From NCBI GenBank assembly GCA_030765185.1, contig JAVCDE010000026.1, forward strand, positions 108,007 to 172,006: a DNA stretch of 64,000 bases. The letters are read 5' to 3'. The notes under the pieces are model-generated. The model searched no databases, was not told the DNA's origin, and worked only from the letters and a program-made list of their open reading frames with translations. Origin of the DNA: Candidatus Aceula meridiana (GTDB lineage: Bacteria; Omnitrophota; Gorgyraeia; Zapsychrales; Aceulaceae). The position numbers and the translations under genes are program-made. Position 1 is the first letter of the stretch; each line of letters opens with the position of its first letter. This document shows positions 1-8,193 of this stretch, one piece after another.

Positions 1-23
1 ATACCTTAATCTAAATAACAAGG

Positions 24-767
24 ATGAGCATGCCATTTAACGACAAGGTCGTCATTGTTACAGGCGGATCTAGAGGTATCGGCAAAGCAATCGTCGAAGC
101 ATTTGTCCAAAGCAAGGCAAAAGTCTATTTTACTTATAATAAAAACGATGAAGCCGCAAAAGCCCTTAAGGATTCTACCGGAGCTATTCCGGTCAAATGT
201 TCGCAGACCGATAATGAGGGCATTGAAAAAACAGTCGATGCCATATGCCAAGACAACAAAAAAATCGACATATTGGTAAACAATGCCGGCATCACTTCAG
301 ATCAATTTTTAATGATGATGCCTTTTGAGCAATGGGAAAAGGTTATTAATGTTAATCTTAACGGTGCTTACCGCTGGGCAAAAGCTGTCAGCAGGACGAT
401 GATGACCGCGCAACAAGGAGCCATCATAAATGTTTCCTCTATCGCCGGGCTTGTTGGTACGCCGGGTCAAACAAATTATGCTGCCTCAAAAGGGGGCTTA
501 TTAGCTTTTACGCGTTCTCTAGCAGCGGAATTAGGGGCAAAAGGGATTCGTGTTAATGCTGTTGTGCCGGGCTTTATTGACACGGACATGACCGCTGTTA
601 TGCCCCGGCAGATCAAGCGGCAGAATCTTGAAAGAATTCTTTTGAAGCGTTTCGGCACACCTCAAGAAGTTGCTCAAATTGTTTTATTTTTATCCTCGGG
701 AAAAGCCTCCTATATCGTTGGACAGGCGATCGTCGTTGACGGCGGCCTGTCTTCTACCGCAATATAA
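24..767 (+). CDS. fabG: 3-oxoacyl-[ACP] reductase (SDR family)
   Basis: Starts VVIVTGGSRGIGKAIV (Rossmann TGxxxGIG). Carries the SDR catalytic YxxxK region NYAASKGG and the NAG motif. 247 aa, directly upstream of fabD. Confidence 0.9.
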   Translation: MSMPFNDKVVIVTGGSRGIGKAIVEAFVQSKAKVYFTYNKNDEAAKALKDSTGAIPVKCSQTDNEGIEKTVDAICQDNKKIDILVNNAGITSDQFLMMMPFEQWEKVINVNLNGAYRWAKAVSRTMMTAQQGAIINVSSIAGLVGTPGQTNYAASKGGLLAFTRSLAAELGAKGIRVNAVVPGFIDTDMTAVMPRQIKRQNLERILLKRFGTPQEVAQIVLFLSSGKASYIVGQAIVVDGGLSSTAI

Positions 768-769
768 TT

Positions 770-1714
770 ATGGGAAAAACTGTATTTTTATTTCCTGGTC
801 AGGGATCTCAGGAAGTCGGCATGGGCCATGACTTATTCCGGCAGGATGACTATTTTATATCCCTCGTTAACAAAGCGAGCGAGCATGTCGGAGAAGACCT
901 TAAAAAAATATGTTTAAAGGGACCTGAAAAAAAAATGGCAAAGGCCTGTTTTCTTCAGCCTTTAATCGTAGCCGTTTCCCTCGGATATTTGCGATATATT
1001 AATGAGAAAAGAATTAATGTTGATTATGTCTTAGGGCATTCTCTCGGCGAGATAACCGTACTGGCTGCTGCCGGCGTCATTGATAACAGCTTAGCAATAG
1101 CCATTGCTGCCAAACGAGGGCAGTTGATGGATGAAGCCGCGGCAAATTGTGATGGCGGGATGATGGCCGTTTTGTCAGTAACTCCTCAAGAAGTTCAAAG
1201 ACTCATTAGTTCGTTAGGTCTTCAAGATACAGTTGTTGTCGCTAATTTTAATACGCCTAACCAGACTGTCGTATCCGGAAATCGATCCTCATTTGATCAA
1301 CTATCCTTAGAAATTGTTAAATCACAGGGAACATGTAAAAAGCTTAACGTTGCAGGGCCATGGCACAGTCCGTATCTTAAAGACGCCTATGAGCAATTTA
1401 AGATTTGGGCAGAATCAATTGTTTTTAAAACTCCAAACATTCCTTTAATTCTTAATAGCACAGGGCAACCGGAATCCGATCCGTTAAAAATAAAAGAATG
1501 CATTTCTGCAAGCTTAATTAATCCTGTTCGTTTTACAGAATGCATGAAATATTGTGAGGCGCACCAAGTTGATACTTTTCTTGAAATAGGGCCGGGGCGA
1601 GTTTTATCCGGCCTAGTAAGGGCGAATGGTTTTATGGAGACGACCAGGATTTATAAGGTTAACAATTTACGGGGTGTTGAATTAGCCGCCTCTGAGTTGC
1701 TTGCTAAAAAGTAG
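770..1714 (+). CDS. fabD: malonyl-CoA:ACP transacylase
   Basis: Has FLFPGQGSQ and the GHSLGE active-site serine motif. 314 aa. Starts 2 nt after the fabG stop. Confidence 0.9.
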   Translation: MGKTVFLFPGQGSQEVGMGHDLFRQDDYFISLVNKASEHVGEDLKKICLKGPEKKMAKACFLQPLIVAVSLGYLRYINEKRINVDYVLGHSLGEITVLAAAGVIDNSLAIAIAAKRGQLMDEAAANCDGGMMAVLSVTPQEVQRLISSLGLQDTVVVANFNTPNQTVVSGNRSSFDQLSLEIVKSQGTCKKLNVAGPWHSPYLKDAYEQFKIWAESIVFKTPNIPLILNSTGQPESDPLKIKECISASLINPVRFTECMKYCEAHQVDTFLEIGPGRVLSGLVRANGFMETTRIYKVNNLRGVELAASELLAKK

Positions 1715-2800
1715 TTAATCACAGGGCAGGGAAAAGTATTTATCAAGACGTGCGAACAGGGATTTATCCCCTTCAATAATAATTTTTTTCTCAGAGAGCG
1801 CATTGCGCGCGTTTATCTCGCGCAAGAAGATTTGCGCCCATACCTCACTGCTGGTTGTGATTTTCAAATCCCAGTTATCAATTTTTGATTCTTCCAAAGA
1901 GCATTTTCCTTTATTGATCTTAATTGCAAGCTGGACGTCTTTATCAGTAAAGTCAAATTGAATTGATGCTTTGAGCCGATTCGTAGCTTGAGGATCAACA
2001 TGACGGACCATCTCGCTGATAAGAATTTTAGGATTTCTTACGATTATGCTGTTGACATAATTCGGATCCATGGCTTTTGATCCCAGGTTTTGCGCTTCCT
2101 GCCAATAAATATTGGAATCTTCCGTAAAATGCTCAATGTTTTCTGATAAGGGTGCACTAGCCCTTTTCATAGTCACGCTTGAAACCTTTCTTTGTGTTGC
2201 AAGTTCAAAACCGGCTCTTTTAAAAGAAGCATTAACATTTTTGATAGTCTTCGGTTTTAAATATGTGAATGGCAAGAGATATGATTCCGGACGAATCAGA
2301 CTTCCGCTTAAAGGAAGCTGTAGGCCTTCTGAAAAAAGTTCTAAGGTTTTTCGAGCACCCTCAAAAGTATTTAAACCCCGAAAAGCACCGACTAGGATGT
2401 AGGCCATTTTTTGAGGCCATTGTTTCGGATTGCGTATTGCGTTTCGAATATTCTCTGAACCTACGGGAAGGTGCTCATTTTTCATATAGGGTAATAGGCG
2501 GTCTAAAAAAACTTTAAGGTAGCCGCTAACGCTGTAGATATACAGAGGGGTCGAAAACACAACGATATCGCTAGCGGTAAACACTTTCATGATAGAAGCC
2601 ATGTCATCATCATGAACGCATTTACCTGGGGTGACAAGCCAGCAGTTGTAGCAGCCGTGGCATTGATTGATTTTTTTTGATTTTAGATCTATTTCGGTGA
2701 CTTCGGCTTTGCCTTGTTTAAGGCCTTCAATGAAGAGGTCGGTTAATTTTTGGGTATGGCCGTTTTTTCTTGGATTTGCCCGAATTATCGCTACTTTCAT
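1715..2800 (-). CDS. iron-sulfur flavoprotein-like (flavodoxin-fold NAD(P)H-FMN reductase) fused to a C-terminal SCP2 lipid-binding domain
   Basis: N-terminus MKVAIIRANPRKNGHT is flavodoxin/FMN-reductase-like. A compact Cys cluster CHGCYNCWLVTPGKC (CX2CX2CX7C) resembles Isf-family 4Fe-4S sites. The C-terminal ~100 aa end IIIEGDKSLFARLDKYF, which is SCP2-like. The start overlaps the fabZ stop by 4 nt (ATGA). Confidence 0.55.
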   Translation of the reverse strand: MKVAIIRANPRKNGHTQKLTDLFIEGLKQGKAEVTEIDLKSKKINQCHGCYNCWLVTPGKCVHDDDMASIMKVFTASDIVVFSTPLYIYSVSGYLKVFLDRLLPYMKNEHLPVGSENIRNAIRNPKQWPQKMAYILVGAFRGLNTFEGARKTLELFSEGLQLPLSGSLIRPESYLLPFTYLKPKTIKNVNASFKRAGFELATQRKVSSVTMKRASAPLSENIEHFTEDSNIYWQEAQNLGSKAMDPNYVNSIIVRNPKILISEMVRHVDPQATNRLKASIQFDFTDKDVQLAIKINKGKCSLEESKIDNWDLKITTSSEVWAQIFLREINARNALSEKKIIIEGDKSLFARLDKYFSLPCD

Positions 2801-3264
2801 ATTTCCCCTTCAATCGCTGCGAGCGTGAGTATGCCTTTGGCAACAATTTTTCGTCCTACAGTTGCTTCGACATTGTAAGAATATAGATTTTCAAATTTTT
2901 CTCTGCTCTCGGAGATTAATTCAAGAGTTTCTCCTGGAAAAGCAGGGGAAGTGAATTTTACATTAGACGAGGCAAGATAAAATAACTTCGGGGGTTCGTT
3001 TTCCTTGTCCGAAGTTGTTTTTTTAGTGAATCCAAGCAGAAGCCCACTTGTTTGGGCCAAGGCATCGAGCACCAAAGCACCCGGCATAATGGCTTTTTGA
3101 GGGAAGTGTCCTTCAAACCAGGGTTCGTCTGACCGTATTGTTCTTTCGGCTATTATTATTTTATTAGGTTTAAATTTGATGACTCTATCGACAAAAAGAA
3201 AAGGCGGGCGATGGGGGATGATATCAAGAATTTCGTTTAGTCCAAAGATTGTTTTTTTATCCAT
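2797..3264 (-). CDS. fabZ: 3-hydroxyacyl-[ACP] dehydratase
   Basis: Carries IIPHRPPFLFVDRV ... EPWFEGHFPQKAIMPGALVLDALAQ, the canonical FabZ hot-dog motifs. 155 aa. Confidence 0.88.
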   Translation of the reverse strand: MDKKTIFGLNEILDIIPHRPPFLFVDRVIKFKPNKIIIAERTIRSDEPWFEGHFPQKAIMPGALVLDALAQTSGLLLGFTKKTTSDKENEPPKLFYLASSNVKFTSPAFPGETLELISESREKFENLYSYNVEATVGRKIVAKGILTLAAIEGEI

Positions 3265-3267
3265 AGG

Positions 3268-4065
3268 TCAGTACTCTTTTTCAACAGTTGTTATGATGTG
3301 GGTAGATCCTCGCCCGGATTCTAGTCCTTCATATTTTACCCAAACATGAGGGCTTTCTTTTGTATACCAGAGCAGGGTCGGCGGAACAAACCTATCCAGA
3401 ATTAAATTGAATGCTCCCATGTCTGGCCGGATAGTTATTTTTATAGTTTCAATTTCTTCTGATCCAATTAACAATTTGTCTTCTTTAACAAAACGCGCTT
3501 TCAATTTATAAAGCCCGGGTTCACTGCTTAGGAAATTAAAGGAGATTGTTTTTCTCGCAATAAGGTCATTAATAAATGGCCTCAAAAAATAAATAAGAGT
3601 CGCGTAATCAGTGGTGCGAGTTTTTAAAGGTAATGTTGATTTTTCTGTTATTTTATTGTTTGCATTTTTTTCTGTAATCCGAATGACTTTTTTATTATAG
3701 TCATATTCTTTTTTGCAGGCATTGATATTCTTTCCGTTCTTATCGCTTATGGTGAACGCGGTATAAACAGGAGAAAGGACGTTTTGATTGAGTTCTGTCT
3801 CAGATTCAATAGTCCAGGCCACATCTCGAAATTTGCCGTAGCTTCCTTTTCCGGATTTAATGAGCAGGTAACGATTGTCAGAAATTTTTTTAAAATTGAC
3901 AGATAATCGGGATAGGAAAATCCCTGTTTTTTTCTCAATTGTTGTTTGTTGGTAGATTTCATGTTCAGGGAATGTATATTGGCCGAAGCTTTTAACAGGA
4001 AATACAAGAAGCGCTAAAATGATAGAAATAATTGATGATATCTTTTTCATGCCGAATTGTAACAT
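3268..4065 (-). CDS. secreted DUF3108-like protein
   Basis: Has an N-terminal signal peptide (KKISSIISIILALLVFPVKSFGQ). 265 aa. Sits co-directionally upstream of fabZ. The family assignment is from recall only. Confidence 0.4.
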   Translation of the reverse strand: MLQFGMKKISSIISIILALLVFPVKSFGQYTFPEHEIYQQTTIEKKTGIFLSRLSVNFKKISDNRYLLIKSGKGSYGKFRDVAWTIESETELNQNVLSPVYTAFTISDKNGKNINACKKEYDYNKKVIRITEKNANNKITEKSTLPLKTRTTDYATLIYFLRPFINDLIARKTISFNFLSSEPGLYKLKARFVKEDKLLIGSEEIETIKITIRPDMGAFNLILDRFVPPTLLWYTKESPHVWVKYEGLESGRGSTHIITTVEKEY

Positions 4066-4085
4066 ATTAGATGAATTTTTTAAAC

Positions 4086-4113
4086 TTGTAATTTAACTCG
4101 TGGTCGTTATAAT
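4086..4113 (+). promoter_or_regulatory. candidate sigma70 promoter TTGTAA-N16-TATAAT in a divergent intergenic region
   Basis: TTGTAA at 4086-4091 and TATAAT at 4108-4113, about 75 nt upstream of the 4188 start codon. Confidence 0.3.
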
Positions 4114-4187
4114 AATTTGCCCATTGCGAGTCCTTTAAAAGAAGCCGCATGGAATATCGATAACCTGATACGCCAAAAGAAGTTGAT

Positions 4188-4751
4188 ATGAAATTATATA
4201 GATTTCTATTTATTGTTATATTTTTATTTTTATGCTCATCTGAAACAGTTTTAGCCCAGGAAAGGGCTAAGACGCTAGTCGTGTATTATTCACGCACAGG
4301 CAATACGCGCAAGGTCGCTAAACGCATAGCTGAAAAATTTGATGCTGATGTTGAAGAGCTGATCGACCAGAAAAAAAGAACAGGGTTTATAGGTTTTTCC
4401 GCTGCGGGAAAAGACGCATTAGCGCACAATCTGACCACAATAGATGCATTGAAACTTAATCCGCAGGATTATGATGTTATCTTAATCGGGACCCCATCGT
4501 GGTTTAGTAATATGACCCCGGCTGTCCGAACTTTTATAAGTCAATACGACCTATCGGATAAAAGAGTCGGGGTGTTTGCTACAGCAAACAAAACCGGGGT
4601 AAAAAGTACTGTAGACAAAATTACCAAAATAATATCTAAGGATGATTTTAAAAATATACCTAAGCTACCTCTGGTTAAGAAGGACTTGGAAAAAAGCCTC
4701 CTAGAAGAAAGAATTAAAGAATTTTATGCTCAAGTAATTAGCCTTGAGTAG
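4188..4751 (+). CDS. flavodoxin-like protein with N-terminal signal peptide
   Basis: Signal peptide (LFIVIFLFLCSSETVLAQE) followed by LVVYYSRTGNTRKVA, the flavodoxin FMN phosphate-binding loop. Confidence 0.6.
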   Translation: MKLYRFLFIVIFLFLCSSETVLAQERAKTLVVYYSRTGNTRKVAKRIAEKFDADVEELIDQKKRTGFIGFSAAGKDALAHNLTTIDALKLNPQDYDVILIGTPSWFSNMTPAVRTFISQYDLSDKRVGVFATANKTGVKSTVDKITKIISKDDFKNIPKLPLVKKDLEKSLLEERIKEFYAQVISLE

Positions 4752-4763
4752 GCTTTTTTAATA
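4739..4763 (+). terminator. rho-independent terminator (AGCCT-tgagt-AGGCT + T6)
   Basis: Hairpin overlaps the stop codon and is followed by TTTTTT. Confidence 0.45.
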
Positions 4764-4806
4764 TTGAACTTTTCGATTTTTTAAGCAATTATTTAAAGGA
4801 GGCGAG

Positions 4807-5358
4807 GTGAAAACAATTTCATTCATTTTAAGTATGCTCGTTTTTTTCGGTTTATGCTCACCATCTGTTCAAGCTCAAGAGCCAATCAATGTCTATGGCT
4901 TTGACGTTGAAGATATCGATGGGAATCCAGTCTCGCTATCGAATTACAAGGGCAAGGTTCTTTTAATTGTTAATACAGCTTCGCGATGCGGTTTTACGCG
5001 TCAATATAAGCCCCTGGAAGAACTTTATCAGAAATACAAAGATCAAGGGCTCGTCGTCTTAGGTTTTCCGGCTAATAATTTTATGAATCAGGAGCCAGGA
5101 ACAAACGAAGAAATTAAAAACTTTTGTTTTCTCAATTACAAAACGACATTCCCGTTATTTTCCAAGATTAGCGTAAAAGGAAAAGACATCCATCCGCTTT
5201 ACGGTTATTTAACAACTCAGGGAGAGTTTCCTGGAGCTATTACCTGGAATTTTAATAAATTTTTAATTGGCAAGGATGGCCAAGTTATCGGGCGTTTTGG
5301 AGCCCGTGTAGACCCACTTGATCCTAAAATTGTTTCTGCGATTAAAGACCAACTTTAA
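4807..5358 (+). CDS. glutathione peroxidase with signal peptide
   Basis: Has FDVEDIDGNPVSLSNYKGKVLLIVNTASRCGFT (GPx catalytic Cys motif) and LGFPANNF. An N-terminal signal peptide is present. Confidence 0.85.
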   Translation: MKTISFILSMLVFFGLCSPSVQAQEPINVYGFDVEDIDGNPVSLSNYKGKVLLIVNTASRCGFTRQYKPLEELYQKYKDQGLVVLGFPANNFMNQEPGTNEEIKNFCFLNYKTTFPLFSKISVKGKDIHPLYGYLTTQGEFPGAITWNFNKFLIGKDGQVIGRFGARVDPLDPKIVSAIKDQL

Positions 5359-5362
5359 AGAA

Positions 5363-5390
5363 CGCTATACTGAAATAGCGGTATTTTAGG
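5363..5390 (+). terminator. candidate terminator hairpin CGCTAT-actgaa-ATAGCG followed by a T-rich run
   Basis: Inverted repeat just 3' of the gpx stop. Confidence 0.35.
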
Positions 5391-5407
5391 TGAGGTCTTC
5401 ACAAGAC

Positions 5408-5472
5408 AGGTTCTAACTCGTTTGACCCAGCGACCCCAGCTTTTAAGCCTGCTCTCCCGACGAGGTTAGGAT
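5408..5472. repeat. copy A of a conserved intergenic motif (AGGTTCTAAC ... CCCAGCGACCCCAGC)
   Basis: Shares AGGTTCTAAC and CAGCGACCCCAG with the copies at 7976 and 6990. It is flanked by an imperfect inverted repeat GGTTCTAACTCG / CGAGGTTAGGA. Confidence 0.5.
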
Positions 5473-5649
5473 TTCTTATTAACAAATTAACAACTTCTTC
5501 CCTTTGCATTAAGCTTATTGTTTTGGGAACATTTTGATTCCTTATGATTAAAGCCAGCTAGAATTCATTGACAATTTAGAGAGGGGTGTTAGATTGTTTC
5601 TAAATAAATTTACTTTCGATGTGACAATATTTTAAATGGAGTTACCACA

Positions 5650-6933
5650 ATGAAATTTTTATTTGTCTCTATTGACGCCCTGATCAATGACATCGCGTGG
5701 CAGGTAGCGAAAGAAGGGCACGACGTACGTTACTACATCAAAAATAAAAACGTACGTGACATCGCAGATGGATTTGTCCCAAAAACAGAAGACTGGCGCC
5801 GCGATGTTGATTGGGCGGATGTTATTGTGTTTGATGATGTTTTAGGTCAAGGCAAGGACGCTGCGCGATTAAGGGCTAAGGGTAAAAAGGTTATCGGCGG
5901 CACCCCCTACACTGACAAGCTTGAGGATGACCGCTCTTTTGGACAGGAGGAGCTTAAGAAATATGGGGTTAATATTCTTCCCTATCAGGAATTCAATTCG
6001 TTCGATGAAGCCATTGATTTTGTTAAGGCCAATCCGTCGCGCTATGTGATTAAGCCGAGCGGCGAGGCGCAAAATATCAAGCGGCTACTTTTCATTGGGG
6101 AGTCGGACAACGGTGAGGATGTAATCCAGGTTCTGGAAAGCTATAAGCGCGCCTGGGCGAAGCATATCAAGGTCTTCCAATTGCAGAAGCGCGTGACCGG
6201 GGTGGAAATTGCTGTTGGCGCCTTTTTTAATGGAAATGAGTTTATGCTTCCCATCAATATTAACTTTGAACATAAAAAGCTTTTTCCCGGAAACATCGGG
6301 CCATCTACCGGCGAGATGGGGACATCGATGTATTGGAGCAGCGAAAATAAAATTTTTAATGCCACCTTAAAAAAACTTGAGCCCAAGCTGAAGAAAGAGG
6401 GGTATATCGGCTACATCGACATTAACTGCATTGTGAATGCCTCGGGCATCTACCCTCTTGAATTTACATCACGCTTCGGATATCCGACCATCAACATACA
6501 GCAGGAGGGGATATCAATGCCGATCAGCGAATTCTTTTACGGCATGGCATCAGGAACACTTAAGAATTTTAAGACTAAAAATGGATTTCAGGTTGGAGTG
6601 CGTATCGTGATGCCGCCCTACCCTTTTAAGGATGAAAAGACCTTCAGAGATTGCTCCAAAGACGCCGTTATATTCTTTAAGAAGCCAAACGTAGAGGGGG
6701 TTCATATAGTCGATACCAAATTGGTTAACGGTCAGTGGTTGGTGGCCGGTGATACGGGTGTCGTTCTGGTTGTCTGCGGAACCGGCTCAACGCTCAAACA
6801 GGCCAGGGCTCAGGCTTATGCACGCGTTAGTAACATTATGATTCCCAGTATGTATTACCGCACGGATATCGGTGAGCGCTGGTATGAAGATAGCGACAAA
6901 CTGCATTCCTGGGGCTATCTTAGAGAAATGTGA
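5650..6933 (+). CDS. purD: phosphoribosylamine--glycine ligase (divergent N-domain)
   Basis: ATP-grasp protein. GPSTGEMGT matches the PurD GPNTGGMG loop, and the C-terminus ARAQAYARVSNIMIPSMYYRTDIG matches the PurD C-domain. The N-domain lacks the usual GGREHA motif. Confidence 0.65.
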   Translation: MKFLFVSIDALINDIAWQVAKEGHDVRYYIKNKNVRDIADGFVPKTEDWRRDVDWADVIVFDDVLGQGKDAARLRAKGKKVIGGTPYTDKLEDDRSFGQEELKKYGVNILPYQEFNSFDEAIDFVKANPSRYVIKPSGEAQNIKRLLFIGESDNGEDVIQVLESYKRAWAKHIKVFQLQKRVTGVEIAVGAFFNGNEFMLPININFEHKKLFPGNIGPSTGEMGTSMYWSSENKIFNATLKKLEPKLKKEGYIGYIDINCIVNASGIYPLEFTSRFGYPTINIQQEGISMPISEFFYGMASGTLKNFKTKNGFQVGVRIVMPPYPFKDEKTFRDCSKDAVIFFKKPNVEGVHIVDTKLVNGQWLVAGDTGVVLVVCGTGSTLKQARAQAYARVSNIMIPSMYYRTDIGERWYEDSDKLHSWGYLREM

Positions 6934-6980
6934 TCTTGGCTTATTTGATTCGTTTCGACTCATAGGCTATTTCGAAATTC

Positions 6981-7000
6981 GCTGATGAAGCGACCCCAGC
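6981..7000. repeat. copy B of the motif (GCTGATGAAGCGACCCCAGC)
   Basis: Shares GCGACCCCAGC with copies A and C. Followed by the hairpin at 7006-7044. Confidence 0.4.
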
Positions 7001-7005
7001 TATAA

Positions 7006-7044
7006 AACCTCCTTGCAGCTTATTCAGCCGAAAGGAGGTTTTAC
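7006..7044 (+). terminator. hairpin AACCTCCTT-N16-AAGGAGGTT followed by TTTT
   Basis: 9-bp perfect stem. Confidence 0.45.
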
Positions 7045-7140
7045 TGTATCTTCTATGTAAGGGCGGAATCTTTTTTTTGTTTAAAAGAGTGTATGAGAGC
7101 ATCCTGATACAATAAATTATTAAAAAAAGGAGATTACGGT

Positions 7141-7935
7141 ATGAATTCATCTCAAATAAGAAAGATGCTGAACAAGGTTCCAGAAGTCACCATTTATTTC
7201 TGGATAATCAAAGTTTTGTGTACAACGGTAGGAGAGACTGCCGCAGACTATCTAAATGAGGCGCTGAATTTTGGATTGACTGGAACGTCGCTTGTTATGA
7301 GTGTTTTGCTAATTTTCATAATGTTTTTTCAATTTAAAACTAAAAAATATATTCCATCAATTTACTGGCTTGCTGTTGTTTTAATTAGTATCGTTGGTGC
7401 TTTGATAACTGATAATCTGTCGGATAACTTTAATATTCCGCTTGAAGCGACAATCATCGTATTTTCGATTCTTCTCATTCTAACTTTTAGTGTGTGGTAT
7501 AGGGCTGAGAAGACGTTGTCTATATGCGCAATTGATACTCCTCGATGAGAAGCCTTTTATTGGTTAGCTGTCCTATCTACTTTTGCCTTGGGGACGGCCG
7601 CTGGTGACCTTATAGCTGAGAAATTTGGCATTGGGTATTTAAATTCAATATTTATATTTGGAAGCATTGCCATTGTCGCAATCGTTTACTATGGAGCGAA
7701 AGGAACTGCGGAGCATAAGCTTGAATCCATGTACGCAATTTTAGCTTTTTGGGTTGCTTATATTTTTACACGACCATTTGGCGCATCGATAGGTGATTAT
7801 TTGTCCCAGGTTCATGCTGACGGCGGTCTCGGGTTTGGAGCAATGACAACAAGCGCACTTTTCCTTATTTCGATTTTAGGTCTTGTGATGTATCTAACTT
7901 TTACGAGAAAGGATGAGATTTCTGCAAAAGATTGA
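7141..7935 (+). pseudogene. two-repeat membrane protein (COG4705-like) interrupted by an in-frame TGA at 7546-7548
   Basis: ORFs 7141-7548 and 7588-7935 are in the same frame. Read-through gives ...TPR*EAFYWLAVLSTFALGTAAGDLIAEKF. The second half (GTAAGDLIAEKFGIGYLNSIFIF) is an internal repeat of the first (VGETAADYLNEALNFGLTGTSLVM). Confidence 0.5.
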
Positions 7936-7975
7936 AAATATTTTGCAGAAAGTTAGGGCGCGAACTGTATTAAAT

Positions 7976-8006
7976 AGGTTCTAACCTGGCCCAGCCAGCG
8001 ACCCCA
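7976..8006. repeat. copy C of the motif (AAATAGGTTCTAACC ... CAGCGACCCCAG)
   Basis: Direct sequence similarity to copies A and D. Confidence 0.5.
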
Positions 8007-8014
8007 GATAATAA

Positions 8015-8050
8015 CCCTCTGTGAGTCAATGACTTGCAGTGGGTTTTTTG
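8015..8050 (+). terminator. rho-independent terminator CCCTCTG-loop-CAGTGGG + T6
   Basis: Stem with one mismatch followed by TTTTTT. Confidence 0.5.
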
Positions 8051-8193
8051 TAACTCTTTGGCGCGAGGTAGAGCTTTTTAAGATGAGATATAATTAAATT
8101 TTTGCCTTTCACAAATCAATCTTTTTCTTTAATTATTTTTTATTATTTGTTATAATTCTTTCGAATGTGAAATGAAAAAGAAGGGATATCAGA

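Noticed and set aside
7546-7548. Genome-wide TGA recoding (code 4 or 25) explaining the in-frame TGA
   Set aside because: Many genes in the window terminate naturally at TGA (purD, carB and the second half of the same gene), and no other in-frame TGAs are seen.
5408-8006. Known purine, ZTP, PRPP or preQ1 riboswitch upstream of purD and neighbours
   Set aside because: The motif lacks the defining conserved blocks. There is no purine J2-3/J3-1, no GACUGGCG...CCGCCUGGGCA for ZTP, and no preQ1 A-rich tail. The same motif also precedes non-purine genes.
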